64,000 nt of DNA from Eledone cirrhosa (Eukaryota), in contig OZ024740.1 of the NCBI GenBank assembly GCA_964016885.1, positions 162,068,001 through 162,132,000 of the forward strand. Direction: 5' to 3'. The translations under genes were made by a program, and so were the position numbers. The notes beneath the pieces are model-generated. The model was given only the letters and a program-made list of their open reading frames with translations. It was not told the DNA's origin and made no database searches. Positions 63,994 to 64,000 of the stretch are shown here, in pieces (the stretch's first letter is position 1; each line of letters begins with the position of its first letter).

Positions 63994-64000
63994 TATATAT

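Overview
AT-rich eukaryotic (animal) DNA. The repeat inventory resembles an octopus or other cephalopod genome (inference). No host protein-coding exon could be supported, and most ORF-track entries are microsatellite read-through. The window is nearly all mobile DNA: tRNA-derived SINEs, many decayed RTE/RTEX LINE pieces, MITEs (piggyBac-, pogo/Tigger- and Tc1-like), a HERO-like fragment, a Naiad-type Penelope-like element, and a Helitron whose Rep gene breaks off before the helicase. From about 50.4 kb onward, one (TA)n-CTATATG satellite hosts an intact RTEX-like LINE with a PHD finger inside its RT, a nearly intact RTE LINE with three C-terminal C2H2 fingers, a second RTEX copy and Penelope terminal-repeat pieces. 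The most striking hidden signal is a set of six different type I hammerhead-ribozyme folds found by eye in Penelope-like terminal repeats and foldback elements. Three have canonical cores, two have the compensatory U3-A8 core and one has a non-canonical A4 core. In several foldbacks only one arm keeps an intact ribozyme. All folds and alignments were done by hand, and ribozyme activity is untested.
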